Part shown: piece after piece, positions 18,849 through 32,490 of the stretch
Layout: the number at the start of each line of letters is the position of its first letter
How positions within the stretch are numbered: position 1 is the stretch's first letter
Source: the human T2T-CHM13v2.0 reference genome, Homo sapiens
Length of the DNA stretch: 64,000 bases
NCBI RefSeq assembly: GCF_009914755.1
Contig: NC_060933.1
Strand: one strand, 5' to 3'
Notes under the pieces: model-generated
Database searches by the model: none
The model's input: only the letters and a program-made list of their open reading frames with translations
Told to the model about the DNA's origin: nothing
Made by a program: the position numbers and the translations under genes

Positions 18849-19419
18849 TGTCAACCTGAAATAATCAAAAGGATCAGAATCCAGTTTTAAAGAGTTTATT
18901 CAAGCAAAAAGCTGGGAATAGCCATCCAAGAATCATGGACTCTAGAGAAATGGGGTCAGTGCTTCGAAGTTAAAAGTTAAGTACTTGCTTCTATACAGCA
19001 AACAAAGAAGTTTAGTAGGATTATAATATTTTCTATACAAGCCTGGTTTATGAGTGACAATTTAGTTCGTTTGTTTTCTTTTCCATACAGCTTGTTTTCG
19101 TTTCCTTTCCAATTTAAAAGCAAGTATTTAACATTCCATCCTAGTTAGTGTGATAACCATGAAGCCTTTGTGTGAAAGAGGAAAGAGGGAGGCTAGTCTA
19201 TAATGAAGATCCATACTTAGAGAGAAAGGGTCTTCCCTGGCACCCTTTAGTAATTTATAACACTTTACCAAACAATGTAGGTAAGGAAAAGGCTAATCTA
19301 TAATCAGAGAAACAAAGGTTACAGCTGCCTATTTATGTGACTCAGGTTCCATAATCACATTCCCTTAAGGCTCAAAATAAAGTTTCAACGGCTGAGATTT
19401 TCAATTATTTATTTTCACA
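18849..19419 (-). mobile_element. ERV1 solo LTR, LTR24-like
   Basis: TG...CA termini; the reverse complement starts TGTGAAAATAAATAATTGAAAATCTCAG; 4-bp TSD ATCT. Confidence 0.7.
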
Positions 19420-19810
19420 ATCTTTACCTTTCTTAGTTCTGGGAGTGGCCTTACCAGGTGGGCCTGGCCTGCGTACTCCCAGAAGGGCAGTTATTCCTAG
19501 CAGCCTTTGGCTTTGGGAACCTCTCCATAATTCTTAATCCAGCCCAAGGTTCTGACTCTGTTAATGGGTAAAGAAAGGTTATGCCCTATGAGACTCTGAC
19601 CTCTTCTTGGGACCTGGAAAATCTTCTGGTGATTTTCCTCATCCCGAATCTGCTGTTTCTAAACTGCTTGAGACCAAGATAAAGCACACCAATTTACAAG
19701 GCATAACTCCTAGGTGAGGTCATTCACTAGCCATTTCTTGTATTTGAGGGTCTCAGTGTGACATCCCAACTTCATTTCCAGCACTAGATTGGTATTTCTA
19801 TTCTTCTTTT

Positions 19811-19882
19811 TAGAAAGGAAAGGAGAGGGGAGGGGAAAAGGAAAGGGAGAGACACGGAGGGAGGGAGGAAGGAAGGAAGGAA
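19811..19882 (+). repeat. Polypurine (GGAA/GA-rich) tract
   Basis: About 70 nt almost entirely A/G. Confidence 0.8.
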
Positions 19883-21562
19883 TATTGGAGTACAATTTGT
19901 GGCACTCAATTTCAAGAACAAGCTTGATAGAAAGTTGTAATTGCCAAATACAGTAACCTACTTGGGGTACATGTCACCTTTTATTGCTTTCAAGCTACTG
20001 TACCTGGCAACTCTTATTTCTCCCTTTAAAAAAATCCTGTATCTGGCTAAAGGCTGAAAAATAGCAAGTACATATCTTTCTAATGACCCTACATTAATTT
20101 AGCATAGAGATAATTAGAGGCACAGTTAATCATTAGTAATATAAGCCCTGAGATTGGGGCACATGGGTTTCTCTTGCTATTCAACAGAGTCCTTGTGTGG
20201 CTAGTGTTTGAGTACAGACACATCTTTATTTTTTACATACTGAGCTTTCTTTGACATACAAGCCAAAAATTTACTTGAAGCAACCTGAATAGTATGAGAG
20301 AGAATATTTGTTTTTTAAAGTCCTGGGAATTACAGCGTATCCTTAGGGCATAATATAGGTATGTTCATATAGAACAGCTGAACACAGGCAGTTTATAAAG
20401 CAGGAAGTGAGCACATCGTACTTTTTAAATTTATTTAAAATACTTTGAATTCTTGGTGTTCTTATCCATTCAAGAGTCTCTAACACTAGGGTTGTAAAAT
20501 AGAAACCAAATAGCATTGATAATAGAGTTTTGTTTCATCTTTGTCTTAGCTACAATTTGGGAAATGTTTATATGTTTGTTCCAAAAATGATTTAAAATTG
20601 TGTATTCACAATGCAGTAGTGTGTAAACACTACTGAATCACCAGAAATGCATCCAGTAGTGCATGCACAAAATAGAGATCAAGGCAAAGGTAGAATAGGG
20701 AAATAAAATTAAGCTAAGGATAAGGTTAGTATACAAAATGCATCTTGTGAGGTTCATCTATTTGGTCTACTAGTGGGCATGGGAAGGATGCCTGAATTTA
20801 AATGAAAATTCTAGTACTGATTATAATTCACATATTCTTTCATTGCCCTAGAGTTTTTAATTGTGCCCAAATAAGTCTTGGTATTCACAAACTAATTACT
20901 TGAGTTTTTAGGTTCACATACCAGTGATATCCTCCTTGAATCTTTCTGCCACTTAGTCATTTTACTTCCAAATATCATGACATCCAACAGAGGCCGATGA
21001 AGGAAAAAAGATGCAAAAGTCATCCCATTTATTTTTCTGCCTTAAAATAAGAGTGTGTATATTGGGAGAAGGAAAGGGTAAAGCAGTTAGATGTTATTAG
21101 AAATACTTGGAAGAGAATAGAAATAAAAATTTGTGATTTTTAGTTATTAAAGTCATCATTAAATTGTGTTATCCATACAACTGAAGGATTTCAATATGGG
21201 CATCTTGTTAAGGAAAAGCTTTCAGAGAATGGTAACATTTCTTAATAGTGAACATGTCCCTACACTCACATAATTATAAGACTTCATGTACAAGGTACTC
21301 AAAATCAGAAACTTTGTAAAAAGCCTTTTAATCAGATAAACCTGAATATATCATTATCTAGAAATAACTGAAAAGAGTGCAAAACATTAGAGAACAGTCA
21401 TTTGATAATATGGTAAATAAATCAATAGGCTATTATATTCCTATTAAAATTATAAAAGTTGCATAAACAGGAAAGATTATACAAATATACCATAAAAAGT
21501 ACTTATAATAAAAATATGAGAAAAATACAAACTGATATGTAAACTATAAAATATGTAAAATA

Positions 21563-21851
21563 GCCAAGCATGGTGGTTCACACCTGTAATCCCAGCACTT
21601 TCGGAAGTCGAGGTGGGCAGATCACTTGAGGCCAGGAGTTCGAGACCAGCCTGGGCAACCGAATGAAACCCTCTCAAGAAAAAAATACAAAAATTAGCTG
21701 GACATGGTGGTGCGCATATAGTCCTAGCTACTCGGGAGGCTGAGGTGGGAGGATCGACTGAGCCTGGAAGGTTGAGGCTGCAGTGAGCCGAGATGGTACC
21801 ACTGTACTCTAGGCTGGGTGACAGAGTGAGACCCTGTCTCAATAAAAATAA
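21563..21851 (+). mobile_element. AluJ
   Basis: Sense dimer, 16-bp TSD TAAAATATGTAAAATA. Confidence 0.88.
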
Positions 21852-22231
21852 TAAAATATGTAAAATATCTCTGCAGGTAGAAAAAGGTGGTGTGTGAATG
21901 CAAAAGAGTTATACTGGATTGACTAAGATGATTTTTTTTCTCACAGTATTCTTTGATATTTTGTCATAATAAGTGTAATTGATAGCGAAGAAATGACAAC
22001 AAAGCTTTCATGTATAGAATACTTTTTACAGATTTACTGAATAATGTGTACTTTCTGTTCACTGTCTTTTAAAATATAATTTCAGTCTAGATTTTACAGA
22101 CTCATGGGAAATGATCTAAACTATTTTTCTTGCCATTAAAATGTGCATTTGGGAGTATTTTTCCATAGACATAGATACAGGAGAACTCAATAATGTTCCT
22201 CTTCCTTCTTTCCAACTCTTGTTTTCCTTAG

Positions 22232-22372
22232 GCATTACCACAGGAGTCTTGGTTCGAGAACACAGCAACCTCTCAACTCTAGAGAAATTCTACTTTGCTT
22301 TTCCTGGAGAAATTCTAATGCGGATGCTGAAACTCATCATTTTGCCATTAATTATATCCAGCATGATTACAG
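22232..22372 (+). CDS. SLC1A1: SLC1A1 exon 2 (141 nt, phase 1-1)
   Basis: ttttccttag|GCATT...TACAG|gtacct; encodes [46 protein letters not shown]. Confidence 0.97.
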
Positions 22373-22397
22373 GTACCTTGAGAAAACAGATGTTCTC

Positions 22398-22777
22398 TAT
22401 ATTAGTCCATTTTCATACTGCTGTAAAGAACTTCCTGAGACTAGGTAATTTATAAAGGAAAGAGGTTTAATTGACTCACAGTTCATCCTGGCTCAGAAGG
22501 TCTCAGGAAACTCACAATCATGGCGGAAGGCAAAGGGGAAGCAAGACAACCTCCTTCACAAGGTGGCAGGAAGGAGAAAGGCTGGGCGAAGCAGGAAGAG
22601 CCCGTTATAAAACCATAAGATCTCGTGAGAACTCACTCACTATCACGAGAACAGCATGGGAGAAACTGCCACTATGATTCAATTACCTCCACCTGGTCTC
22701 TCCCTTGACACCTGGGGATTATGGGGATTACAATTCAAGATGAGATTTGGGTGGGAACACAAAGCCTAACCATGTCA
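22398..22777 (-). mobile_element. MaLR solo LTR, THE1C/D-like
   Basis: TATATTAGTCC...AACCATGTCA termini, 380 bp, TSD TTCTC (22393-22397 and 22778-22782). Confidence 0.87.
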
Positions 22778-22851
22778 TTCTCTATGATTATTTAAAAAGC
22801 TTTCACCTAAGTTGTTCTTTTCTAATTACGGGAAAAATTGAAATACATTAG

Positions 22852-22855
<4 letters not shown>

Positions 22856-22884
<29 letters not shown>
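22856..22884 (+). repeat. (CT)n microsatellite
   Basis: Direct inspection. Confidence 0.9.
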
Positions 22885-22886
<2 letters not shown>

Positions 22887-24337
22887 CCTCTCTCCACTTG
22901 GAATGTCTATATTTGCTTCTGTGGAAACATTTTACTGTTCTCAACATGGCATTGCTTTGTCATATGCTGTGCCTACAGCTCTGTCCACCACTGCTCAAAT
23001 CTTCATTTGACCAGCATGTGATGTCTTGGGAGGAAAATGTCATTTTCAAACATATAAACAAAACGTTATCTGGGGCATGGGAAAAAAAAGCATATTTGGT
23101 CACTGAAATGTCAGCTAGTGTCCTCAGGAAAAATATAGTTGTCAATTTTGATCATGTTTTCAGCCATTCACTCATTTATTTCCCAACTGCAGCTGTGCTG
23201 CCCCCAGCCTCTCAGCAGCTGCCTTCAGGGTCTCTGCACTCCTTACCCACTTTCTACTCAAAGCCAGAACTTGCTATGTGTCTGCCCTGCATATTTGCTG
23301 TGGGGACCAGCAGTCAAGTTCTGTGAGAAGGGTTTAAATATGGAAGTGCACCATATTCGAAAAGCCTAGTATTTTTAAAACTTGTGACACAGTTGCATTT
23401 GGAAATGACTTTTCCCTTATTGATCATTACATTGCAGGGCTCCTTTGAAGAGGAAGCTTCCTTAGGTAGATAGAGATGAATTTGGTTTACAAAAATGTCA
23501 TTTGTCTGGCTGTGATAAGTTTCTCTGCATTGCAGTTTCTTGTACTTAACTCTGGCAATTAGTAAAATGTGGCATGACAGTAGCTGGTGGTGTTAGATTG
23601 AAAATCAAGGTTTTATGTAAACATGCAATTAGAAGTCGTGACATGTCCCCTTCTAGAACATTTTTCTCCACTGCCACTGTAAAGGTCTGGGACTGGCCCT
23701 GGTAGAGTACTGGACGTTGGTGGGGGCACGGGAGGGTGGGGGTCAGGATCTGCTGCATTCAGGGACTGCATTGCTTGAAGAGCTGTCACATTTGGCCTTT
23801 GAATTTCCCAAATGCCAAACTCGAATTAGACTAGAGTCCCTTGGGAGCTTTGTCCTTAAATGGTCTTGATGTTCTCGGCTTATGAGAAACCTAAAGAGAA
23901 CATTTAATTATTTTTATGAATGTATTTAATTACGTTTGGAAATGCCTGGTTCCTTTTAACCCTAGCAACCTGATTGACACAGCCGCAGACCAATTATTTG
24001 TCCCATGTAATATTTGTTTATTTGTTTAAATTGTCATAAGCATTTAAAATTGGAAAGATTTCATGTAAATATCCAAATTGCTGGCTTTCTCTGAAAAAAA
24101 AAAATGAAGATCTGGGAACACTGGCCCAGTATTTCCACCTATCAACGGTGGTCTGAAACCAAGAGACAACTACTCCATTTAGCTGGAGCAAATGCATTTG
24201 AGAATGCCATAGTCTCCACTACTCCCGATTGCCCAGTACTTTGTCCACTTCACTCTTACGTTACCTGCCTGGCCGCCGTAAGGATGGCAGTTATAATCCC
24301 TTAGAATCTTCTCCATATCAAAGATTCTTTAAAAAAA

Positions 24338-24585
<248 letters not shown>

Positions 24586-27500
24586 TAAACCACCTGATGA
24601 GCAATACTATTGAACTCATGTGTCTATGAGGGGAAGTATAGAAGATTGATCCAAATTATGCAGCAAACCCAAAACTCGAGGTAAAACAGGTTTTAGAAGA
24701 AAAGGTAAAAATACATGTATGAATGTCTAATTCTGTAATATCAGATGTTTGAAAATACATGCCACTCTTGACAGTCAATAACAAGTGAGTTTTGTTTTGG
24801 TTTGGTTTTTTTTCTGGGAAGTATAGCCTTTGGCCAGAAGCCAGAAACAGATACTTCCTCTAGTGAGATTTTTGCAGTCTGGATGTTTTGTGTGTTAGCT
24901 CAGCCTTGCAAATAATCTAGGAAAATAATTTACAACTCAGCATTCCACTGACATAGCCCAGCTACTTTTGAAGCTATAGCATGGGTCAAGTAGTTTCTCC
25001 ACTTTTCCTCCACCAAACCCCCAGCAGCCAGTCAAGAACTAGAGGCAGCGAGCAAAACCACCACCCCATCTTTTGATTTGGAGCAATGAAATAGTCAAAG
25101 ATTCAAGGGATATGAACAAAGCAGGGTGGGGACAATGATGGCATATCCATGTTTTAAATTGTCAGATTAGAGGGAAAAGCAACAAGACTAGTGTTGGCAC
25201 AGTTATAGGAAAATAAGTTCATTCATACACTTTCAGTTACCTAATAAATTGGAACAAACTTTCTGGAGAACAGTTTGGAGCATGTTCTGATCTCTTCACC
25301 CAGTAATTCTGTTTCTCAGAATTGATCATAAAGAAATAATCAGAGATATGTTCAAACTCCTAAGTACAAGGATATTCATGGTAGCATTTTTTTGTAATGG
25401 TGATAAATTATAAGCAACCTAAATGTATACAAATTTATATTGTATACATATGTATACAAATTTATCTTTTATACTATGTATACATAGTATACAAATTTTC
25501 ATACTAAGCAACTATTAAAAACTTGTCTTAGAATCATATTTAATTACATGTGGGAACATTCCCAATACAGTATAAAGTGGGAAAATAAAATTACACAACA
25601 GGATAGTGTATACAATCCAAATTTTATTAAAATGTATATACATTTTTAAAAGTTGTGATCAAAACCAAAAGGTTAACATCCAGAAAGTAAGAAAACATGA
25701 TCTGTTCTGCTTTCTTTACATTTTCAACTGAACCTGTGTTTTTGTTTGGTTTGTATTTTTAATGAAAGAGATGGGGATGGAGTCTGGCCTGAGATCCTCC
25801 AATTTTGCCTCTGGTCGCTTCTCTGCCTCATCTCTGCTCCCTTCCCCTGCCGGCTCAGTGCCACCTTTACCTGGTACACAGCTCCTTCCTCCAGACCCTG
25901 AAGTAGTCTTCAGCCTCCCTACCCAGAAGATGGCCGTGGAAAACACACAGGAAGGGCCATTTCACATTGCAAATGCCCTCATGAATCCAGCAGGCTGGTA
26001 GCTTAACGTATACAGTTATTAGGCCGAAGGAGGATGCAGGTGGGAAGCTGAGGAGGGTTGAATGAGTCCCCTAAGGATACGTAAATTAGAAGCAGAAACA
26101 CAGCTAGAATTCAGACCCAAGATTAATAATCTGTGCTCCTGCATAAAGGAAACTCTCTTGCCAAATTAACAGGTAGAAAAAAAAATTCTGCCATCAAAGC
26201 CTCTGGTGAGATTAAAAAAATACTTTATAGCTTTTTTAAAAAACAGGAAGAACCCCTTTTTATGTGATGATAAGGTTAAGAAGCCAAATTTACCAGGGAA
26301 ATTTGAACATAGACTGGCTGTTAGATGGTATCAATAATTTGTTAATGATTTTGTTAGAGATGATGATGGCATATAGTTGTATAAGAAAATGTCCTTACTT
26401 TTTAAATGCATATGGAGTTATGAAATGACATAATGTCTCAAATTTACTTTAAAACAGAAAAAAAAATGGCACAGTTGATATAAACTCAAGACATTTTCAG
26501 AGACAATCATTGTGGGTACCAATAGAATCCTACCGATAAATTACATTGTGAAGAACATGCTCCCGCCCTGCTGAGGAATATCTGTGTTTGGGATCTGCTA
26601 ACATTTAGGCTTGTAAGCCGTATTTATGTCAAAGCACCAGAGAAATAACAGGAAATAGCTTATGAATATGCCTGAGAATTGTGGCTCTGGAAAAATCCTG
26701 GTCCAGCCAGTGAGTTTAAATTCAGGTCACATTTTCTTTACTACTTCCCAAAATTAAACTATGATGATTGGAGCCTCCTATGACCAACACAGGGACAGAA
26801 CAGCACCTCCAGTCCCGCTCCCAGAGGTCCCCTGAGCATCCTTCCCGGATGCTCATAACTTTGCTCAGGAAGAGGTTGCAGCTCTTCCACTTTAGCCTCT
26901 GCCACCCCCGCCTGGGCCAGAAGCACTCCAGTGGGCACAGCTGCGCCTCCTGGTGTCTGCTGTGGCTGCCACTACCCCGGTGACCTAAGGAGTTCCGCTC
27001 TTTGCTCCTCCATCCTAAGACAGGAGCAGAAGCTTAATTCTCCAAAGTGCAGCTGAGACCACACTTCTACTCAGGACATAATCTTTGCTAAAGGTAACCA
27101 AAAGCAGATGAAACACTAATGGTGACATCCAACTGCTCCCTGAAGGGGCTCCCAGGGCCCCTTAACAGGGATGCCCCTCTGCTTAGCTGCTTGCCTCCAG
27201 GAGGCTAGAGTTCATCTCTAAAGGTGTTCCAAGCTTTCCTGCACCCCAGATCCCAGAACCTGACACCAAGTTCTAAGAAGGAAAAATTCCGCTATCACAC
27301 AGGCCATCCTGTCCTGACCTGGAGTGACCTCTTCCTGGGATGCTTGCCATTGTGGAATATCCACTTCAGAGAAAACCCCCCTCACGGCCACAGGGGGATA
27401 GCCTTTCCTCGTGGACCCCATCAGGAGCCTTCCATAGACTCCATACCATAGTACCTGCTGGGTTATTGCAACCACCCTGCTTGTAGAACCTGGGAGTCTG

Positions 27501-28071
27501 TCCAGGTCAGGCTGGGCCAAGTCCATGCCAGTTCCTGTGCACATTTCTTCCTCCAGAGCAAGGAGTTGCTCATTCCTAACCCTTCCTGTGATGTCGCAGC
27601 TCTGGATTTCCTAAAAACGCCTGCTCAAACAAGGGCACACACAGCTCCTCAAGAAACAGCACCAGTTTGCAGCTCAGTGGATGTCAAGCCAAGCAGATAT
27701 CAAGCCAAGAAAACTCCCTCCTTTCCCTCCTCTCTCCCCCAGGCCACTGAGTGTGAGTCCTAGTACTGATTCTGCTTCCTGGACAAGTCACATTATTAAA
27801 CACTAGACGTCAGGAGAAAATATTTGCGTTTTGTTTATCAATGACTTTCAGTTTCCACCAGACACTGGTTGGGTGATTGGATTTACAATTGAGGATCTTC
27901 TCCAAAGATAAATTTAACACTCTACCCTTGGAAGATTTAAAAAACAAAAAATGCTCCAGACTTTTAGATGATTGTTACTCCAGCTTTCATGTTAGGATTT
28001 CAAAATTTTTAGGGCTTGACCTCAACCATAGGATCAGAGGTTTTCTACTACTTTTTGTTGGGAAAGGGTGG

Positions 28072-28361
<290 letters not shown>

Positions 28362-28472
28362 TAACCAAGTAAAAAAGTTTAAAGCCTTATAAAACCTTAG
28401 GTATATTCAGTATTTATTAAACAACAGCCAGATGTAGAATGCATATGTGAGTTGGTTGCCTTTCAAGCAAGG

Positions 28473-28659
28473 ATTTTTCTATGAAGGGCCCAATAGTAAA
28501 TATTCTAGGTTTTACAGGTCCTGTGTATTTTGCCCAACTACCCAACTCTGTTTGTCATGGGAAAGCAGCCACAGACCGTATGTAAATGATTGAGGGTGAC
28601 TGTGTGCCAATGAAACATTCATTTACAAAAACAGGAGGCCAGCCAGGAGCTGACCCCTG
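28473..28659 (+). mobile_element. MER58A-like hAT DNA transposon fossil
   Basis: TTTTCTATGAAGGGCC..ATAGTAAATATT..TGTGCCAATGAAAC..TTTACAAAAACAGG..CTGACCCCTG. Confidence 0.7.
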
Positions 28660-31030
28660 CCCAGCTAGACTCTGACACTCCAGATGCAATCTAGTTGAGG
28701 TTGAATCCAGGTAACAAAATAAACTACCACATCAGGCAAGGAGTATGAATGCACTGAAGAGACTGAAGAATAGAGGGTGAGCAGAATAAAGTGCAGTTGG
28801 TGATAGTTTTAGAGCACCTTATTTGTAAACTCAGGCTTTACAGCAGATGACACACTTAAATCTTTGGGGCTGAGGAAGGCTTTTTTTTAAAGGCTATGTA
28901 TTCATTTACTCAGAGGCAGCTGTGTATCTGGAAACAATCCCACATCCTCCTATGAAAAGAACCATGCCACGTGCCTCCCCGAGACAAGGTTCAGTTTTAT
29001 TCAGCTAACATTTGTTAACTCCAGCTGCATGAAAACAGACTAACAGAAAACCAGGTATAAGAGGGTGAGGCCCTACCACTCACATGGTCATGGAGCTGAG
29101 GTCATCTGATAGTCAGGTCCAGGAGTCCCTCGTTAGCAAGAATTGTAAGACTTGAAGACGCATATCACTTTGTTGTACAACTTGCTATTAAATGTAAGCT
29201 ACTGTTCATAAACATAGGTGGCTAAGAGCATTTAATGTCAATTTTAGCTACGAGGGAGGAGTATGCATTCTTTTCTTGAAACATTGGTGGTCCATTATAC
29301 AGTTTAGTTTCTATGAAAATTGCCATTCAAGGTGGTTTATAAACTTAAAACTCCAGGCAGGAAGACAAGTTTGTTGCCTAAGACTGTACAGTCTGAGAGT
29401 GAACTTCTTGCCTCATTTGCAACATCTGGAACCAGTGGGCTCTTCATGCACTTTAAGTGCTCCTTTCCCTAAGATTATCAAGAAATTTGTGTTGAGTTAG
29501 AATACAGCTGTTGAAGCCAAAGGACTTATTGTATCAATTTGATTTCTGAAATGCCTGGCCTCCAAAGACAAAACGACCACATAGTGTATAAGGAAGAGCT
29601 CCCATAATGAACATGCCATTTGCAAGTAATAAAATGAATAGTGGCAAGAGATAAATATGCCCTGCTTTAGTCTTTCCTGAGACAGTGAAGCCCAGAGAAT
29701 CAACCATGCATGAGCCTTCTTTCTGACTAAACAGGTATTAGACTTGTTCATAGCTCTGTTCAGCTGTAAGATAACCTGATTTGATTACTTAAAAAGGGAT
29801 TCTAAGGACCTTCTATATATTGGAGGCATGGACCTGGAAGACCATTCGTTCATTTATTTATTTATTCATTCTATCTTTAATGAGCCAGGCTCTGCTAGAC
29901 ACACAAGGTGTAAAATTAAGTCTTATCTCAGCAAGAAAGAGTACATTACAATGCTGTGTGATAAGCACTTTCTGGGAATGAGGTCAGTGCAGGGGACATT
30001 GGAAGGAGCCATTTTGAAGGAAGCATAGAAATCAAGTGAAAGGAAGAGGGTGGGTATTCCAGGCAAGAGAAAATAGCATCTTTGTCCTCCCAAAATAGCA
30101 TCTTGGGAGGACAGTGAGACTTGAAGTGCGATGCTGGAAACGTGGGCAAGAGGAATGGGATGGAAAGGGGGAGCACAAGGGTTTACTGGCCTCGTGTGCC
30201 TTGCCAAGGGGACTGGACTTGAGCCTGCAGGCGAGGGAAGCAATTCTAGCAGTGACTCCCACCTGTGCCATTCTCTACAGAGGGACACCTGAATAAGTAT
30301 CCATCCTAGAGGGGCAGGAGAGTCCAGTGGTTAAGAGTACAGACAGGAGCCACACTGCCTGGGTTTGAATCCTGGTTCTGCCATGGATTAGCTGTGAAAC
30401 CTTGGATTTTACTTAACTTGTCCTCAGCTTTAAAATATGGATAATAATAATGTTTCATAGAACATCTAGAATGCCATACAATTTTTTTACTTACTCTTTT
30501 TTGTCTGAGACCTTCAGAAGTTCCTATAAAGTACCTGAACTGGCAGCAGAATCTACAGGGCCAATATCAGAATTGAGCTACGCAGATATGAACACACTGA
30601 ATGCATTCATTCTGGAAATGAGAACAATATAAAAAGACTTGCTCTGCCATCAGTTTGTAAAGTTCACCAGCATGTAAGAAGCTTTTGCCTAGAAGTCCGA
30701 GATACCAATTTTATGGATAAAGAGAAGCAAAGAGACAGCTCAGTCATATTTAGGTTGTGGCAAAAACCCAGAAAAGTCTCACTGAGCCATTAGCTAGCTG
30801 CTGCTGTCAGAGCATTCATATGGACTTTGGAAAAGAACAGTTGAGTTCCTCAGATTCTTTGGGGTATATTTAATGCTTTTACTGGACAATAAGTTCAGGG
30901 AGTCAAAAAGTTCATGGAGTCTTCTGAAAAACTGGTCCTAACTACAAATACCACCGTGTTCCATAGTAATGAAAAAAATGTTAAAACAGCTCCTGGACTG
31001 CTGAAACCAGGACACAGCCCACCGCTTCTT

Positions 31031-31380
<350 letters not shown>

Positions 31381-31944
31381 TGACAGAGGCTTCAAGGGGA
31401 CCTTTAGCTGATTCTGCTCAAGGACCAGTTTATTTTGTTAACATCACCAAATAGCCTAGAGTGGTGATATTACCTATTTTAAGAGAGTTCTTCATGTCTC
31501 TAAGAAAAGTAGATGTCATAGGTGATGCATGCACAGAAAGATTTTGCATGCTCCTCTTTGCCTCTTCCTTTCCCTTTGAACATCCAGGGAGTACTAATCA
31601 AGGCTGCAGAGATTTCCCTATGCCCTGGATTAACAAAGTAAGATCATATCCTGCCTTGTTTTCTCTGGGGAATAAAAGAAACATTTTGGAATTTAAAAAT
31701 CATGAACCTGTTTATTTAATCCTCATAGCAGCCCTATGAAGTCATCAAGTAGGTGGGACCTTAACTCCATCTTTAGAGATAAGGAAACAGGAGGTTGAAG
31801 ACAGATTAAGCCACTTTTTCAAGATCACACAGATCATAAGGGCAGCAGCTGGAACTGGCAAGTTTTGTTCTGGCAACACTCTGCTGCCAAGGGGCCAGAG
31901 CCTGGGAGAGGGATCCAGGGCAGTCAGCCATACTTAAATACCTG

Positions 31945-32490
31945 TTAGTCATTCAATCAGCATGTTTACTGAGCATCTCCTATGTGCTGGGCACTGAGTA
32001 TACATTCGTGAACAAGCAGATAGCTAGGTCTCCTGCCTTCATGGAGCTTAAAACCTAGCAAGAAAGAGATATAAAATAATGAACCAATGATAAAAATTGT
32101 TGAGATATGATATGCACAGGATGCCAAGCAAGGAAATCAGGACACCCTGGTTTAGGGTGGATAATCAGGGAAGGATTCTGAGGAAAGGACTTAAAAGCCA
32201 AATGAAGAGTGAGGAAGAGCACTCCAGGCAGAGGGAAGAGCCTGTGCAAAGGCCTTGGGGTGGGAAGGAGCTTGGTCTGTTCCAGAAGAGGCTGGAGGAG
32301 GGGATGAGACAGGAAGATGGCACAAAGAGGGGCTGGAGAGGCAGGCAGGTGCCTCCCCTGCAAGGCCTGTTGGCCAAGGTAAGGATTTTTTCTTTTTATC
32401 TTCAGTGCCATTGAAGGGTTATCCTGATGTATAAAATCACCTGATTTATGTTTTTAAAGGATCTCTTTAGTGACCGTGTAATGAAGGAAT
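31945..32490. mobile_element. L2 fragment
   Basis: CATTCAATCAGCATGTTTACTGAGCATCTCCTATGTGCTGGGCACTG L2 3'-end signature followed by L2-like body. Confidence 0.6.

Noticed and set aside
22141-22455. ORF-track starts and ends around SLC1A1 exons (22141, 54283, 62999) as standalone genes
   Set aside because: These are exon frames running into introns; the true limits are the splice sites listed.
22838-23326. 162-aa ORF after exon 2, and ORFs at 32685-33164 and 52890-53381
   Set aside because: They begin at non-ATG codons or cross microsatellite/MIR/L2 sequence, and show no recognisable domain.
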